A stretch of DNA of 64,000 nt from Antedon mediterranea. Its lineage: Eukaryota > Animalia > Echinodermata. Where the stretch lies: the NCBI RefSeq assembly GCF_964355755.1, contig NC_092678.1, positions 12,212,352 to 12,276,351 of the forward strand, given 5' to 3'. Every line of letters starts with the position of its first letter. The first letter of the stretch is position 1. The position numbers and the translations under genes were made by a program. The notes under the pieces were generated by a model that was not told where the DNA came from, did no database searches, and was given only the letters and a program-made list of their open reading frames with translations. Shown one piece after another: positions 28,204 to 40,900 of this stretch.

Positions 28204-29147
28204 AGGAAATGGTGACCCTGATAGTCATTGGGTTAAGAGATTTAAAGAGTTGATGCATGACACAAACATTGCATTTTGGAAAAGTGAAATGCTAAGAAAA
28301 TCGTCACTTCAGACATACTCTCTTATTAAGTCTAATCCGTGCCTTGAAAAATATTTATTGGATTGTACAGACTTTCTAGGATCTAGCCTCAAATTCAAAC
28401 TACGTTCTAAAACCCTTCCTTTAGGTCACAGGAGTTGTAAGTGGCTTCCTGAATATGATGGTATCTGTAAAATGTGTAAGAATGGTTTAGAAGACATTCA
28501 ACATTTTCTATTCACATGTAACCAACTCAATGGCATAAGGATTGAAGAATATACCAAATTAGAATATATGTTAATCGATATCAATCATTTAGATGTATGG
28601 GAAAATTTTATCTCTGGTGACCTGAACACCAAATTAAATCTTGTATTAGGTGGAACTGATAACTACTATCATTATATGTATGACGTCGATTCCATATCAA
28701 ATATCTTTGATTGTTAACTGTAAGCACTATGTTAAAAGAGCTTGGGCACACAGATGTATTGTTCTAGGCGAGTAATGTTCATATCAATCAAACTAAATGA
28801 TTGATATCTATCTCACTAAATGATTGATATCTATCTCATTATAGTGTTAGGTCTACATTGCTGTTGCCCAATTCATTTTATATTGTACAGTTCCTACCTA
28901 TTCTATATGTTTATTTCTTGTAATTTTGTATTTTTAGGTGTCAGTTCAATGGTATTGTATGTAGTTACTGTAGTTGAATTGTTTTGACATGTTGACCTAC
29001 GACGTTGACTTTTTATTGTAATTGTTATTTTCTATATCATGTTTTTTTTTTTTTTTTTTTTGTATATTTCTCTTGGATGCACCTTCCATTTGGTCGAGTG
29101 CCACTGTTGTAAAAGTGTAATCTCCAAATAAATTATTATTATTATTA
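28204..29147 (+). mobile_element. LINE 3' fragment with C-terminal CCHC knuckle (RTEX-like)
   Basis: ORF 28250..28717 LQTYSLIK..LEKYL..KLRS..CKMC..EDIQHFLFTC; AATAAA plus (ATT)n tail at 29127-29147. Confidence 0.7.
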
Positions 29148-32100
29148 TAGTATCCCCATTTTACACTTTCTCTGGGAAAAAATTAGAAACAAGTGTTTCT
29201 CAACTGATTTGTGTCATATGGGGTCTATATATCCACCAAAAAAAAGTTCCAGCTCATCTGGCCTGGGGAAAGCCGCCGTAAAATACAGGTTTTTGCTCAT
29301 ATCTCCTCTTCTACATCATGCATGGAAATGATTTTGGTGGCAAAATGTATGTTTAGAGGGTCAAGGAATCTAAATACAGCATTTTGAAGTTCAATCAATG
29401 ACCGCCATCTTGTTTTTCAAAATGGCCGCCTTAAAATACAGATTTGTGCTTATCTCAGCTTCTATATCATGTATAGGCATGATTTTGGTGGCAAAATGTA
29501 TGTTTTGAGGGTCAAGGAATCTAAATACAGCATTTTGAAGTTCAATCAATGACCGCCATCTTGTTTTTCAAAATGGCCGCCTTAAAATACAGATTTGTGC
29601 TTATCTCAGCTTCTATATCATGTATAGGCATGATTTTGGTGGCAAAATGTAGGTTTTGACGGTCAAGGAATCCAAATAAAGCATTAATTTGAATTTCACC
29701 CAATGGCCGCCATTTTGAAAATCAAAATGGCTGCTATAAAATTTACAGATTTTTCCTCATATCTCAGCTTCTACATCATATGAACGTAATTTTGGTAGAA
29801 AAGTATATGTTTTGAAGGTCAAGGAATTCAAATATAGTATCTTAAAGTTCACCTAATGCCCGCCATTTTGTTTTCAACATGGCTGCCATAAAATTTACAG
29901 ATTTGTCCTCGTACCTCAGCTTCTACATCGTGCATAGAAGTGATTTTGGTGGCAATGTTTATGTTTTGAGGGTCAAGAAATCTAAATACAGCTTTTTGAA
30001 GTTCACTCAATGGCCACCATTTTGATTGTCAAAATGGTGGCCATAAGCTACAGGTTTTTGCTAATTTATGAGCTACTATGATTATGATTTTGCTAAGCTT
30101 ATGTTTTGAAAGTTACAGAATAAAAACAAAATTCAGCTTTTGAAATACAGTTGGAAAGTGATGACGAGAATAAGTCAATATGTTGGTGATACTATATGGG
30201 AACCACAATGATTATGAATGACCCAAGGAGATACTGTACTCAAGAAGATATCAGCGATGTATTGTAACTATATCATTCGCGTGAAGAACCTAAAAATAAA
30301 ATATTCTAAAAAAGTTTGTTAGACGACATTTTAAGATATTTTCCAAATCCTAAAGAGAAGCATGGCCAACTTTAGTTAAGCATATTCCAATCAGATACAT
30401 TATAGATAAAGCAAGTAAAGCAATTTAAAGCAACATATCTTATGTGACTGAATGGATGGTTACCTAATACACTGGGGACTAACACTACTTCACCATAATG
30501 TAGACATAAGAATTAGCCAATTTGCAGATGACACTGTGTTTTTTCTCAAACACCAAAACTCAATTAAACCGATTATAGATATACTGGATGAATTTTCTAT
30601 ATATATTCTGGACTCAGAATTAATTATGAAAAAAGTAACATTATGAGAATAGGATCGTTAAGAAACTGCGACTATAAAACGTCATCTGAGAAAAGTATTT
30701 CATGGACCAAAGGCCCAGTAAAATAATTGGGTGTTAATATTTCTTGTAATTTTAATGATATTTCATAACTGGTCTGGATTTATGCATGTAGGTATAATGC
30801 GATAACTGGACAAATCGACGATAGTTTATGCCGATCATTCTTTTTTATCCAATTAACATGTCAACAGTTTATACAATGGTACAGCCACTCTGAAAACGTA
30901 TATCTAGCTGCTTATCTATCAGTCATAATAATCAAACATGGAGGAGTTGATCTTTTCAGGAGCTTTCTTGGTTATATTGGACATAATGGTGGGTTGAGGT
31001 TTTGTGCATAACCTACTTTAAAGAGAGCTGTATATTCTAAAGCTCTAAGAGGATGAAGCTATGTATCATATAATGATGACACGAGATGAGGATGTACCAT
31101 TTTGTCTCCAGATGTAGACACAGTATAGGACAATTGACTATGATGGCCAATATGCCTAAAAGACAAATTTCCATATGCATACAATACAAGATGTTCCAAA
31201 AGAATGGATATCATGCAACGTGTTATAATGGTGAAGAATCAGTTTTCAGACACTCTCACAATAGAGAAAACCTTATGTATCTTGAAATTTGTCTTTCAGC
31301 ATTTCCAGATATAGCCTTCCACTTTTGGCATTTTGGCCATGACCAGCTGCTGCAAATATGAAAGCATACTGTAGATGCTATATCTGAACCTGGAGCTCCC
31401 AATTGCACAATCATGCCTAAAAAGTTATACCATCTAATGATACAGCCACAGCTTAAATGTTCTTGATATCTTTTTGACTTTCCCAGAAAGCTCTTAAGAA
31501 TCTTTCGAGTTTGACGACAAATGGCAGTTTTCTTTCTCTAACTATTTGCATTACTTTACGTCACATTGGTTAATCGAAGGTTATTCTCATGGCAGATAAG
31601 CAGCTAGATTTAAACATAAATGCAGACCATTTAGGGTGACTAGTGTTGATCTCCCAGTGTATTACTATGTATTCATAAGATATGTTACTTGCTTTATCCA
31701 TAAGTTGTACTTTTAACTGCAAGTTGGCCATGCTTCTCTTTATATTTGGAAAATATCTTTACATGTCTATGTACTGTAACTTCTTTAGAATATCTTGTTT
31801 ATTAGTTTCTTCTCGCGAATGATAGTTACAGTACACTCTCTGGTATTTTATTGTGTACCTCTTTGGTCGTAATCAGTATGGAACTCGAGCTTGTGATTAA
31901 CTCACGACGTTGACATAGTAATAATGAGGATTGTGATAGCGATAGATCTCGGAGACTAGACAAAGGGGATTGTACATAAATGTTGTTATTATTATATGTT
32001 GTGCCCCCGGTTGTGCCAGTTTGATTGGGAATTTTAAAACTATTACTGTATTTAACAAACTGTATGCAAAAAAAAGCAACATCTCTAAAGCCAGTGGAGC

Positions 32101-32928
32101 AGTAGCCTTCAACTATGAATTTGGTCCTAAATGGAATAAGAACATCTGATCACTTTCGGCGACTCTGTATTTTAGAATGCTGATTTTTTATTCTGTAACA
32201 ATCAAGACATAGACTTAGTTATCAAAATCATGTCTTCATTATTTATATGAGCTACGAAATTAGCAAAACCTGTATTTTATGGCGGCCATTTTGAAAAACA
32301 AAATGGTGGCCATTAAATGAACTTAAAAAAATGCTGTAATTGAAATCCTTGACCCTCAAAATATATACATTGCCACCAAAATCACTTCCATACATTATGT
32401 GGAAGCTGAGATAAGAGCAAAAATCTGTATTTTTATGGTGGCCATTTTGAAAAACAAATGGCGGCCATTTTGAAAAACAAAATGGCGGCCATTGAGTGAA
32501 TTACGAAAATGCTGTTTTTCGATTTCTTGACACTCACAACTACACTTTGTCACTAAAATCACGTTGATACACGATGTAGAATTTGAGATGAGTACAAATC
32601 TGTATTTTATGGCGGCCATTTTGAAAAACAAGATGGCAGACATTCAGTAAACTTCAAAATGCTGTATTTGGATTCATTGACCCTCAAAACATATACTTTG
32701 CCACCAAAATCATATCCATACATGATGTGGAAGCTGATATATGAGCAAAAATATGTATTTTATGGCGGCCATTTAAAAAATTCAAAATGGCGGCTTTCCC
32801 CAGGCCAGATGAGCTGGAACTTTTTTTTGGTGGATATATAGAACCTATATAACTCAAATCAGTTGAGAAACACTTGTTTCTAATTTTTTCCCAGATTGGA
32901 CCTTTTTAGACTTAAAATAGGGATACTA
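29148..32928 (-). mobile_element. Academ-like DNA transposon, degenerate
   Basis: Termini TAGTATCCC / GGGATACTA with 3-bp TSD TTA. Inverted arms >1 kb with ~120-bp subterminal repeats (AAAATGGCCGCC). Minus-strand remnant NWEL..FIFAAAGHGQNAKSGRLYL at ~31305-31405 resembles Academ transposase. Confidence 0.75.
30480..30765 (+). mobile_element. L1/Tx1-type RT fragment inside the Academ-like element
   Basis: IRISQFADDTVFFL, then a frameshift, then SGLRINYEKS..GPVKIIGV. Confidence 0.65.
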
Positions 32929-33138
32929 TTATATTAATTACAGTACATATATTAGAGGTAGATTATTATATGCCTAATATAATATTTAAACGTGTTTAGA
33001 AATGGCCATTTTGGAAAGACAAAGTCCTTCTCTGAGACCTGTGAAATAAAAAAAATTAAATGATTGACAAAAAATATTTACTAAATAAAAAATTTCCACA
33101 TAAATAATCGAGTTCCTAAAAAATATCAATTAAATCTA

Positions 33139-34260
33139 CGCCGTTGCTAAAGATACGGTACCGTATCCATGCTTTTAAAAACTAAAGATACGGTAAATAT
33201 AGAGGGCGCTTCCGTTTTCTAAAAGTACGGTAAAATTGCATTCCTAAAACTCGTGTAAATATAAAACTCGTTCCTAAATATAAAACTCGTTCCTAAATAT
33301 TAAACTCGTTCCTAAATATTAAACTCCTTCCTAAATATTAAAAACCTAACCCTCTAAACAATCTCTCTTAAATTAAAAACTAAAAAAAAAAATTAAAAAA
33401 AGACGTCAAGAAGAGTATCGAACTCCCGACCCTTTATAAGCCAAAGCCTCATCACATGCCCACTAGGCTACACAGCTGGCTTGCAGGAAACCGATGCAAT
33501 AACCTATTTGATCCACATCCACATTACATAGGGTTAGATCCATCTCGGCCGCCGACAATCTCGGCCGCCGGATTAAAAAGCCGAATTGTATGGCGCGCCA
33601 CCGATGCTTGTATGGTGAGTAATTAAAATTTAATGCAGCGCATACGCACGTATTCTAAATTATTAATTAGCTTTTAATTATTGTTTTAATAAATGCTTTT
33701 TTTCTAAATTTTTCAGATTAATAAATTAGTAGTAGTGATATCAATCAATATCGATTATATTTTACTAGGCCTATTCGATTTATTTTATATCTAAAGCTGG
33801 CTAACTTAAAAAAAAAACATTATTTGTGATACCCCTGAATCTTTATACAGTTTTGCATTAATAATTTACGTACGGTATTGCCGAATCTTTATACTGTATC
33901 TCATTTACATACTATCGAATCTTTCTACAGTATTGCATTAATAATTTACGTACGGTATTAATATTATCTAAGATTACAAAACAACGACAATCAAAGCGCA
34001 CACGGCGTTCCATACAGATTACCGTTATTGAACTAGCGGCCGCTTTGGTTGGTGGCCGCTTCGACTGTAATTCCACGTCTTCAAAATTACACTATCATAA
34101 CAGGCACTTTTGGCGCTCCATACAATATCGCGTTCTGTAACCGGCGGCCGAGGTTGTCGGCGGCCGAGATGGACCTAAGCCATTACATAGCGCCCTCTAT
34201 AATTACCGTACCTTTAGTTTTTAAAAGTATGGATACGGTACCGTATCTTTAGACATAACG
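33139..34260. mobile_element. Mutator-like (MULE) non-autonomous element
   Basis: ~65-bp TIRs (CTAAAGATACGGTACCGTATCCAT..AGAGGGCGCT); 9-bp TSD TTAAATCTA at 33130-33138 and 34261-34269. Confidence 0.75.
33531..34181. mobile_element. MITE nested in the MULE-like element
   Basis: TIRs GGGTTAGATCCATCTCGGCCGCCGACAA / TTGTCGGCGGCCGAGATGGACCTAAGCC; flanking duplication ATTACATA (8-10 bp depending on end placement). Confidence 0.75.
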
Positions 34261-34419
34261 TTAAATCTATATAAATGAAGAAAATGTATATCCCGCTAGC
34301 ATGCATCTCGCTCCATACAAAATAGCGCGACCGATTTCAAACAAGACCGATTTCAAACGCGATGCGCCAAACACATGGAATTTTCGTGCTCAACATTAAA
34401 TAAATAGCCATCAAGTGGC

Positions 34420-34740
34420 ATAGCCATAGGCTAGCCGCTAGGCTAAGTGAAGGTCTTAGCTAGGTTAGTAGTAGGCCTAGCTCCAGGCCTAGTCTAGTAG
34501 CCTTAGGTAGGCTAGGCCTAGGTAGGCCCCTAGCCCCTAGCTAGTAGGGCTAGGCCTAGCCTAGTAGTAGAAGTAAGTAGGGTAGGCCTAGGAATACGAT
34601 TCTTAGAGTTTGAAAAAAAAAATAGAATTTACTTTTAGCCCAGTTTTGTTCATCCAAGAGTTTTCACACGAAATCCAAATTATTGCTGTAGCCTTAGGCT
34701 AGCCTACAGTAGGCCCTATAACAAGTAACCAAAAGTGAGT
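34420..34740 (+). promoter_or_regulatory. Putative promoter / non-coding first exon of gene B
   Basis: Dense TAGGCCTA/CTAG cluster, local CpG enrichment, and donor-like AAAA|GTGAGT at 34735. The first coding exon begins with an acceptor, so an upstream exon is expected. Confidence 0.4.
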
Positions 34741-35166
34741 CCGATTCCATCCTTTCTCTCTTCCTCCTCGTCGTCGCGCAACAATCACATTTTATAAATA
34801 GTTTGTTTTGGTTTATAATAGAGAGGGCAGCATCATACGTTTACCGATCTTCAGAATTAAAACCAATCAAAAGCAATTCAGCTATTTGATCCAATGTGCT
34901 TATCAAAGTTATTCAGTTGCTTTAGACAGTTTTTAAAATCACATAACCTTTTTTATACCTTTTTAAATATATTTTATAATTTTTTTATTATTAAATCTTA
35001 GATGAAGAAGTTTATTTTATAAGACAAAAAGAATTGATTTGTAATAGGCCACGCCTATTCTAAACTTTAAAGCACTTAGGGCCTATAGGTATTGACTAAG
35101 TAAACTTATTGATGCAAGCCATGATCCATTTTATCAACATTAAAATGAAAGACCATTTTAAACTCA

Positions 35167-35845
35167 AGCTCTGTCTACACTATAAAACTTTATGTGACAA
35201 AAACAATGTGATGTGAACATATATACAAAAGTTTTTTATTTTATTGTGTCATGTGATGGCATTCAGGCATATCGCATCTTTCTTCAAAATTATTATTAGA
35301 AAATATTTTAAGTTTTTTTCTCATTTTAACACTATAGCTTTAAAATGTTTTATTTTCAACTCCACAAATGTTCATTACTCGATCTTCTTGGAAGTGTTAG
35401 AAATAAATAGTGCAGCCTGTTTTGCTTTCTACTGTTGGAAAACGGAAATTTTAGAATGAAAATGTTGATCCGTCAACACATTTTAATGATGTTTTATAGC
35501 GAATCCACACACATAATTGCTACATATTAATATTTTTATAAGGAAGTAATCTAGTTTGGTTTATAATATTCAAATAGTAAATTCAGTTGGTCTTGCTCCA
35601 ATGAGTTTATAAAAAAGTACTTGTAATAATCAACAAAGCGTATTGAAATTTTATTTCAATACCCACGAACTGCAGCTTACGTGTTTGCTTACATTTAACG
35701 TAAACAAAACTCATTTGCTGTCTCAATTGTGAGTATGCCTACCTTTATTTTGTATTATATTGTCTTGTATCTTTGTAATATCACTACCATATTTGGGCAC
35801 ATCACACTCTTTTTGTCAAACTAGTTTGATAGTGTAGACAGAGCT
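35167..35845. mobile_element. MITE (Harbinger/Tourist-like); related ends at ~16860-16978, ~42373-42470, ~59262-59390
   Basis: AGCTCTGTCTACACTAT / ATAGTGTAGACAGAGCT inverted termini. Confidence 0.6.
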
Positions 35846-36886
35846 TAAGAGCACTATTATCGTGTCAACACAACGATGTTATTGTTCTTTAATGATCACG
35901 AACTCATTTTATTTGATTTGAATTAATATTTTTATTACAAAATAAACAGAAATAAATGGTTATAGTTCTAGAATGAAGTTAAATTCGCTTGTTTTATTCA
36001 TCAAGAAAATGTATGTTTATTTATTTATTTATTTGAGATCGTTACCATGCCTTATAGTATTTAAACATATGCTCATCAGATGAACAAGAACACTTCAAAC
36101 ATATTCAGAAGCAAATTAAGTAAATTATGACCTTATTAAAGTTTTACAATAATCAATACATTGTTTGATATGTCATACTTGGTAGCCGGTCATCCTATCT
36201 AGTGATGAAAAGTTTGACCACCAGTATTATAGGCCTACTACAAAAACAACATGATACATTGACCAGTTATTAAAACCATACATTTTGTCACTTGAGTAAC
36301 ATTCTCGACGCTACACAAGGCAAGCGAACACTTATTATTGCTAGTAAACAATGACAGTACAATGAGTATATTTTGCTACTTTCATGTCTGTTTAAATTCA
36401 AGGTATGCAAAGTCTAGTACGAACATGACTTATTCAACAATGTGTTTGTTATTGTATGTTCTATAATAATTTTAACGAAATTTCCAATCTGTCAACAACC
36501 TACTTCATCAATTTAAACCCAGTCAAAATAATGAAAATGTGTATAGCATCAAAATCCATGATACAAAAGGAGTCGTCTACATTGTATAATCTACACTGTT
36601 ATTCACTGTTAGGTATTTGTACTTCATTTACGAAATAAACGAAATGATAGCCTACTTTAGGTCTAAACTTACAGCAACAATTTGGTCATAGTGTGCCATG
36701 CTCTTTGGACTCTATATGAAAGAAAGAATGAAAAGTGATATCTGTTTAATAATATAACATGGTTAGCAAAATAGCTAAGCCGGGAGCTAAGCAACAGATT
36801 CGTTGTATTTATTCTCGTATACTATTTTTTACAGTTATTTTAAACATTTTCTTTCATAAGGTAATGACGTTCTCTCATCTTTAAAT

Positions 36887-37936
36887 ATGAGTTTGCCAAC
36901 ATTCTTAAACATTTTTGCATTTCTGCTATATTCTTCAACATTTCTGGTAGCCATCCAAGCATCAAACAATGATGTGTTACTTGAATTTAAACCTCGTGAA
37001 AATGAAGATCTGTACCATGTCAAAATCCATAGTACAACAAGAGATATCTACATAGGAACCTACAACTCACTGTACAGACTGTCAGAGGATTTTACTATTA
37101 TTTATAGTATTTCATGTTCATCAGGTGATTGCAATAATATCAATAAGATATTAGAAATTGATTATGATCATGATAGATTGATCACGTGTGGGGGAGGAAA
37201 CAACGGAAGATGTGAAAGAAGATCTCTTGTGGATTTAACTTTAGATGGAAGTAATTTAGTTGATGGAATAGCAAGTGAACTGTCTGCAGTTGGAATCATT
37301 GCACCTGGTGTGTTGGATGATGATACACGTAGTTCAGGTTATATTATCAAACGGAATGTTTTATACGTGTCATCTGGACATACATCATTGGATCCATTAG
37401 AGTATTCCTACATGTATGTTAATGCTAGAAGACGTCTTGATACTGATGTACTATTTGGACTCACCAGCCCTGCTTTTAATGCTATCACACCATCTTACAA
37501 TAAACCTATACATGCTAAAACAGCATTTGATTATGAAGGATACATTTACTTTGTTGCATTTAGACCTAATGATACTGATTACTTTCATTCGCGACTGAGT
37601 CGTGTTTGTCAAGAAAACTCTTTTGACACATTTTCTGAGACCTACATTCGATGTGTTTTTAATAATGTTGATTACAACTTGGTACAAGCCATGTCTGTTG
37701 GTCCTGTAGGATCTGAGTTAGCTACTTCACTAGGCCTACAAGCTGGAGATAATGTCTTGTATGGAGTATTTGCTAAAGGTGATGGAAGTGGAGTTGCAAC
37801 TGGACAATCTGCATTGTGTATTTACAAGTGGAATGATATTGAAGATGCATTCTTCAAAGCTTTAAATGGATGTTTAACCTTCGTTAATGATGTTCATAGA
37901 CTAGACTATACTGAAGAAGCTGATTGTTCCAAACAT
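36887..37936 (+). CDS. Gene B first coding exon: signal peptide plus most of the Sema domain
   Basis: ORF 36887..37972. Acceptor TTTCATAAG ends at 36860; donor CAT|GTAGGA after 37936; collinear with the gene A exon. Confidence 0.9.
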
Positions 37937-40900
37937 GTAGGACATTTTTTATTTGTTTTTCAATTACTGTAAATTATCAGTATTATTGATAAACTTTTCA
38001 AAGTCTAATTTACCATTCAGGAAATTACATTGAGTTCATAGTTAATTATGGACCAGTATCATAATCATAATACTATAATTTGTTTGTTTTTGGCAAAATT
38101 GTGGTTCTAAATTTGTTTGTTCCAAAATATGTGTTGTCTTCATGAAGTTTTCTGCTTATTAAATTAAGGCCATTAAACAATTTACTTTACAGTACACGGT
38201 GATGGTAGCAATGTGACTATAGAAATAACTGACTGAATTATGTTATTTTTGCTACAGTTGTATTAGGAGTTTTAATTTATGTTTTATTATTCCAGCTTCT
38301 GTAAAGTTTTAACTTTACAAACGCTGGAATAATAACAAAAATGTGGTTTTATCAACTGTAAATACTAATACTTGTTATAACAAAGATGCTTAGTTTGCCT
38401 GCTGAGGAAGTTGAGGAATTGATGTGTCCCCCAAATGATGGTAAGGATTTGCGCAGAGTTTATTCCCAAGGTACCTACACAGAAGCAGCAGTATCAGAGG
38501 CGTTGCTAACAGTTAATGATAAAATACTAACATCAGTTACTACAGCAATTGAAGAGAATCGAACAATAGTATTTATAGGAACAGATAATGGACAACTTAG
38601 TAAGGTTAGTATGAAATTAGTATTGTAGTTTACAATGGTTTTTATAAAAACTACTATATGAATTTATTATCAATTTAGAAAAACCTGAAAGACTGGTGAT
38701 AATGAGTAAGATAAGGTACAGAGACATGACATATTTGTCAGCAACAAGACTGGTGATAATGAGTAAGATAAGGTACAGAGACATGACATATTTGTCAGCA
38801 ACAAGACTGGTGATAATGAGTAAGATAAGGTACAGAGACATGACATATTTGTCAGCAACATTAATACACAGGTTGTTCTACTAAACTAGCACTCTGTTAC
38901 TAATTTTGGCTAGTTTTAACACTGCTTAATATGTAGAAATATGTTTGAATGAACTATGTCTTAAATTGATTACATGTTATGTTTTCTTCCAATTTTTAAG
39001 GCCGAGTTAACCAACAAAACCTCATGTAGAGTGTATGAAACTGTTACCATAGATACAGGTCAAGAGGTCAGATCAGACACTTTTATAGATGAAACATCTG
39101 ATTATATAATAGCACTCACAGCTAAAAAGGTAAGTAATTGTTTTATATTTCTTTTGTTATAAAGACTATCATCATCATCAGCATAATTCCAGCCATTGTC
39201 AGTCCACTGTAGGACAAAATCCTCTCCCAGCTGAACCTATCTTTCTTGTCCTGTGCAGATCTCATCCCATCCAAGATTTTCCAGCAAATAGTGCCATCTC
39301 ATTTTTCTAATTGGTCATTCTTGAAGTTCATTCCGTAATACGTAATAAGTTCTGTGTATCTGCCCATCTTAATTTTAAAAATACTTGTTGCATAATGTTT
39401 TTAGCCCTATAGAAGGCATTTTTAAAAATTCAATTTAAACCTCTTCAGATTTTTAATCCGTTTATAATGTTTTCATTATCCTTTACAATTATCATTCAAT
39501 TGTATCCTAAGAACATTGTAATGGTAAATTTAAGTTTTAAAGTTTCTTGTACTTTTTATTGTTTTAGTTGTTGATTATGTTTCATAATATTTTTTTATTT
39601 TTTTATAATTATCACATTGCCTTTTATTAGTTGATCAAGTTACAAGTTGCAAACTGCAGTCAGTTTATCACATGTGATGAGTGTATTAGTAGACTAAGTC
39701 AACTAGATGCAGATCCTTATTGTGGATGGTGTACATTATACAAAAAGTAAAATTCCAAAATATTATTTTAACTTGTATCATGGGCTAAAAGTCTTTTACT
39801 AATGCATTTTACAAATTATTTAGATAATTTTTTTATAGCTTTTCTGATATTTTTCCAAAATGATAAATTATGAAAATTAATGTTAGAAATTAGTTTACTG
39901 TACAGTCTATAAGCTAAGCTAATATTAAATGTTCTAGTGCTGATGGAACTATACGCTTGTCTTTTTTGTTTTTAGATGTACCAGATTTAAAGAATGCCAA
40001 CAGTCTCCCTGGTTGCCAAGCAACAGTACCCAATGCGTAGAGATTAGAAGTGTTGAACCACCTTTTATTGCTAAAAAATTTGAAAATATCAACGTGAGTT
40101 GTGAAGAACAATTTATTATATGTATGAATGTATGTATGTATTTACTTTGGTGCGTTTGCGTATGTATGTTTGTATGTATAATGTTATCCTTTGTTACAAT
40201 TCTTTTCACCTTTGCCCGAAACATGTCGTACAAATAAACTTATATTGAGTGCAGTTTTAACATATTTGATCTTGATTTTTTTCTACGTCCTGCCTATGCA
40301 GCTCTTTGATTTATATGTATGTATATATATAAACATATCAGGCAAAGAACATTAATCCTAAACCGCCCGGTGATATACTGAAATTTAATCAATTAATTTG
40401 AAATGATAAAGATGAGGAAATCTGTTAGAATGAGAAAAAGTCTCCCCAACCGAGACTAGAACTCGGACCGTCTGCTTGATATGCAGCTGTCCTAACTATT
40501 AGACCACTGGGGCTTTCATGGTATTGTTCAAACTCGATTGGACAGCACTAGTCCCTCAGTTGTACGCACGCTCAGCAGAGATAAAATTGATACGCCCTCA
40601 TCTTTCAGTATTTTTATTCACGAGGCGGGATCTCCGAAGAGATACTTTTATATATATAAACGTAACACATCAGGCAAAGAACATTAATTCTAAACCGCCC
40701 GGTGATATACTGAAATTTAATTAATTAATTTGAAACGATAAAGATGAGGAAATCTGTGAGAATGAGAAAAAGTCGCCCCAACCGGACTCGAACTCGGACC
40801 GTCTGCTTGATATGCAGCTGTCCTAACCATTAGACCACTGGGGCTTTCATGGTATTGTTCAAACTCGATTGGATAGCGACTCTTTAACATTCTCGGCGTG

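Noticed and set aside
38193-38204. Possible 12-nt micro-exon TACACGGTGATG conserved in both genes
   Set aside because: Weak donor (GTAGCA), and the whole intron is similar between the paralogs, so the conservation is uninformative.
40774-40844. Functional tRNA gene (ATC anticodon)
   Set aside because: T arm is one base short, anticodon stem is mismatched, no U33, and it lies in a tandem repeat; treated as tRNA-derived.
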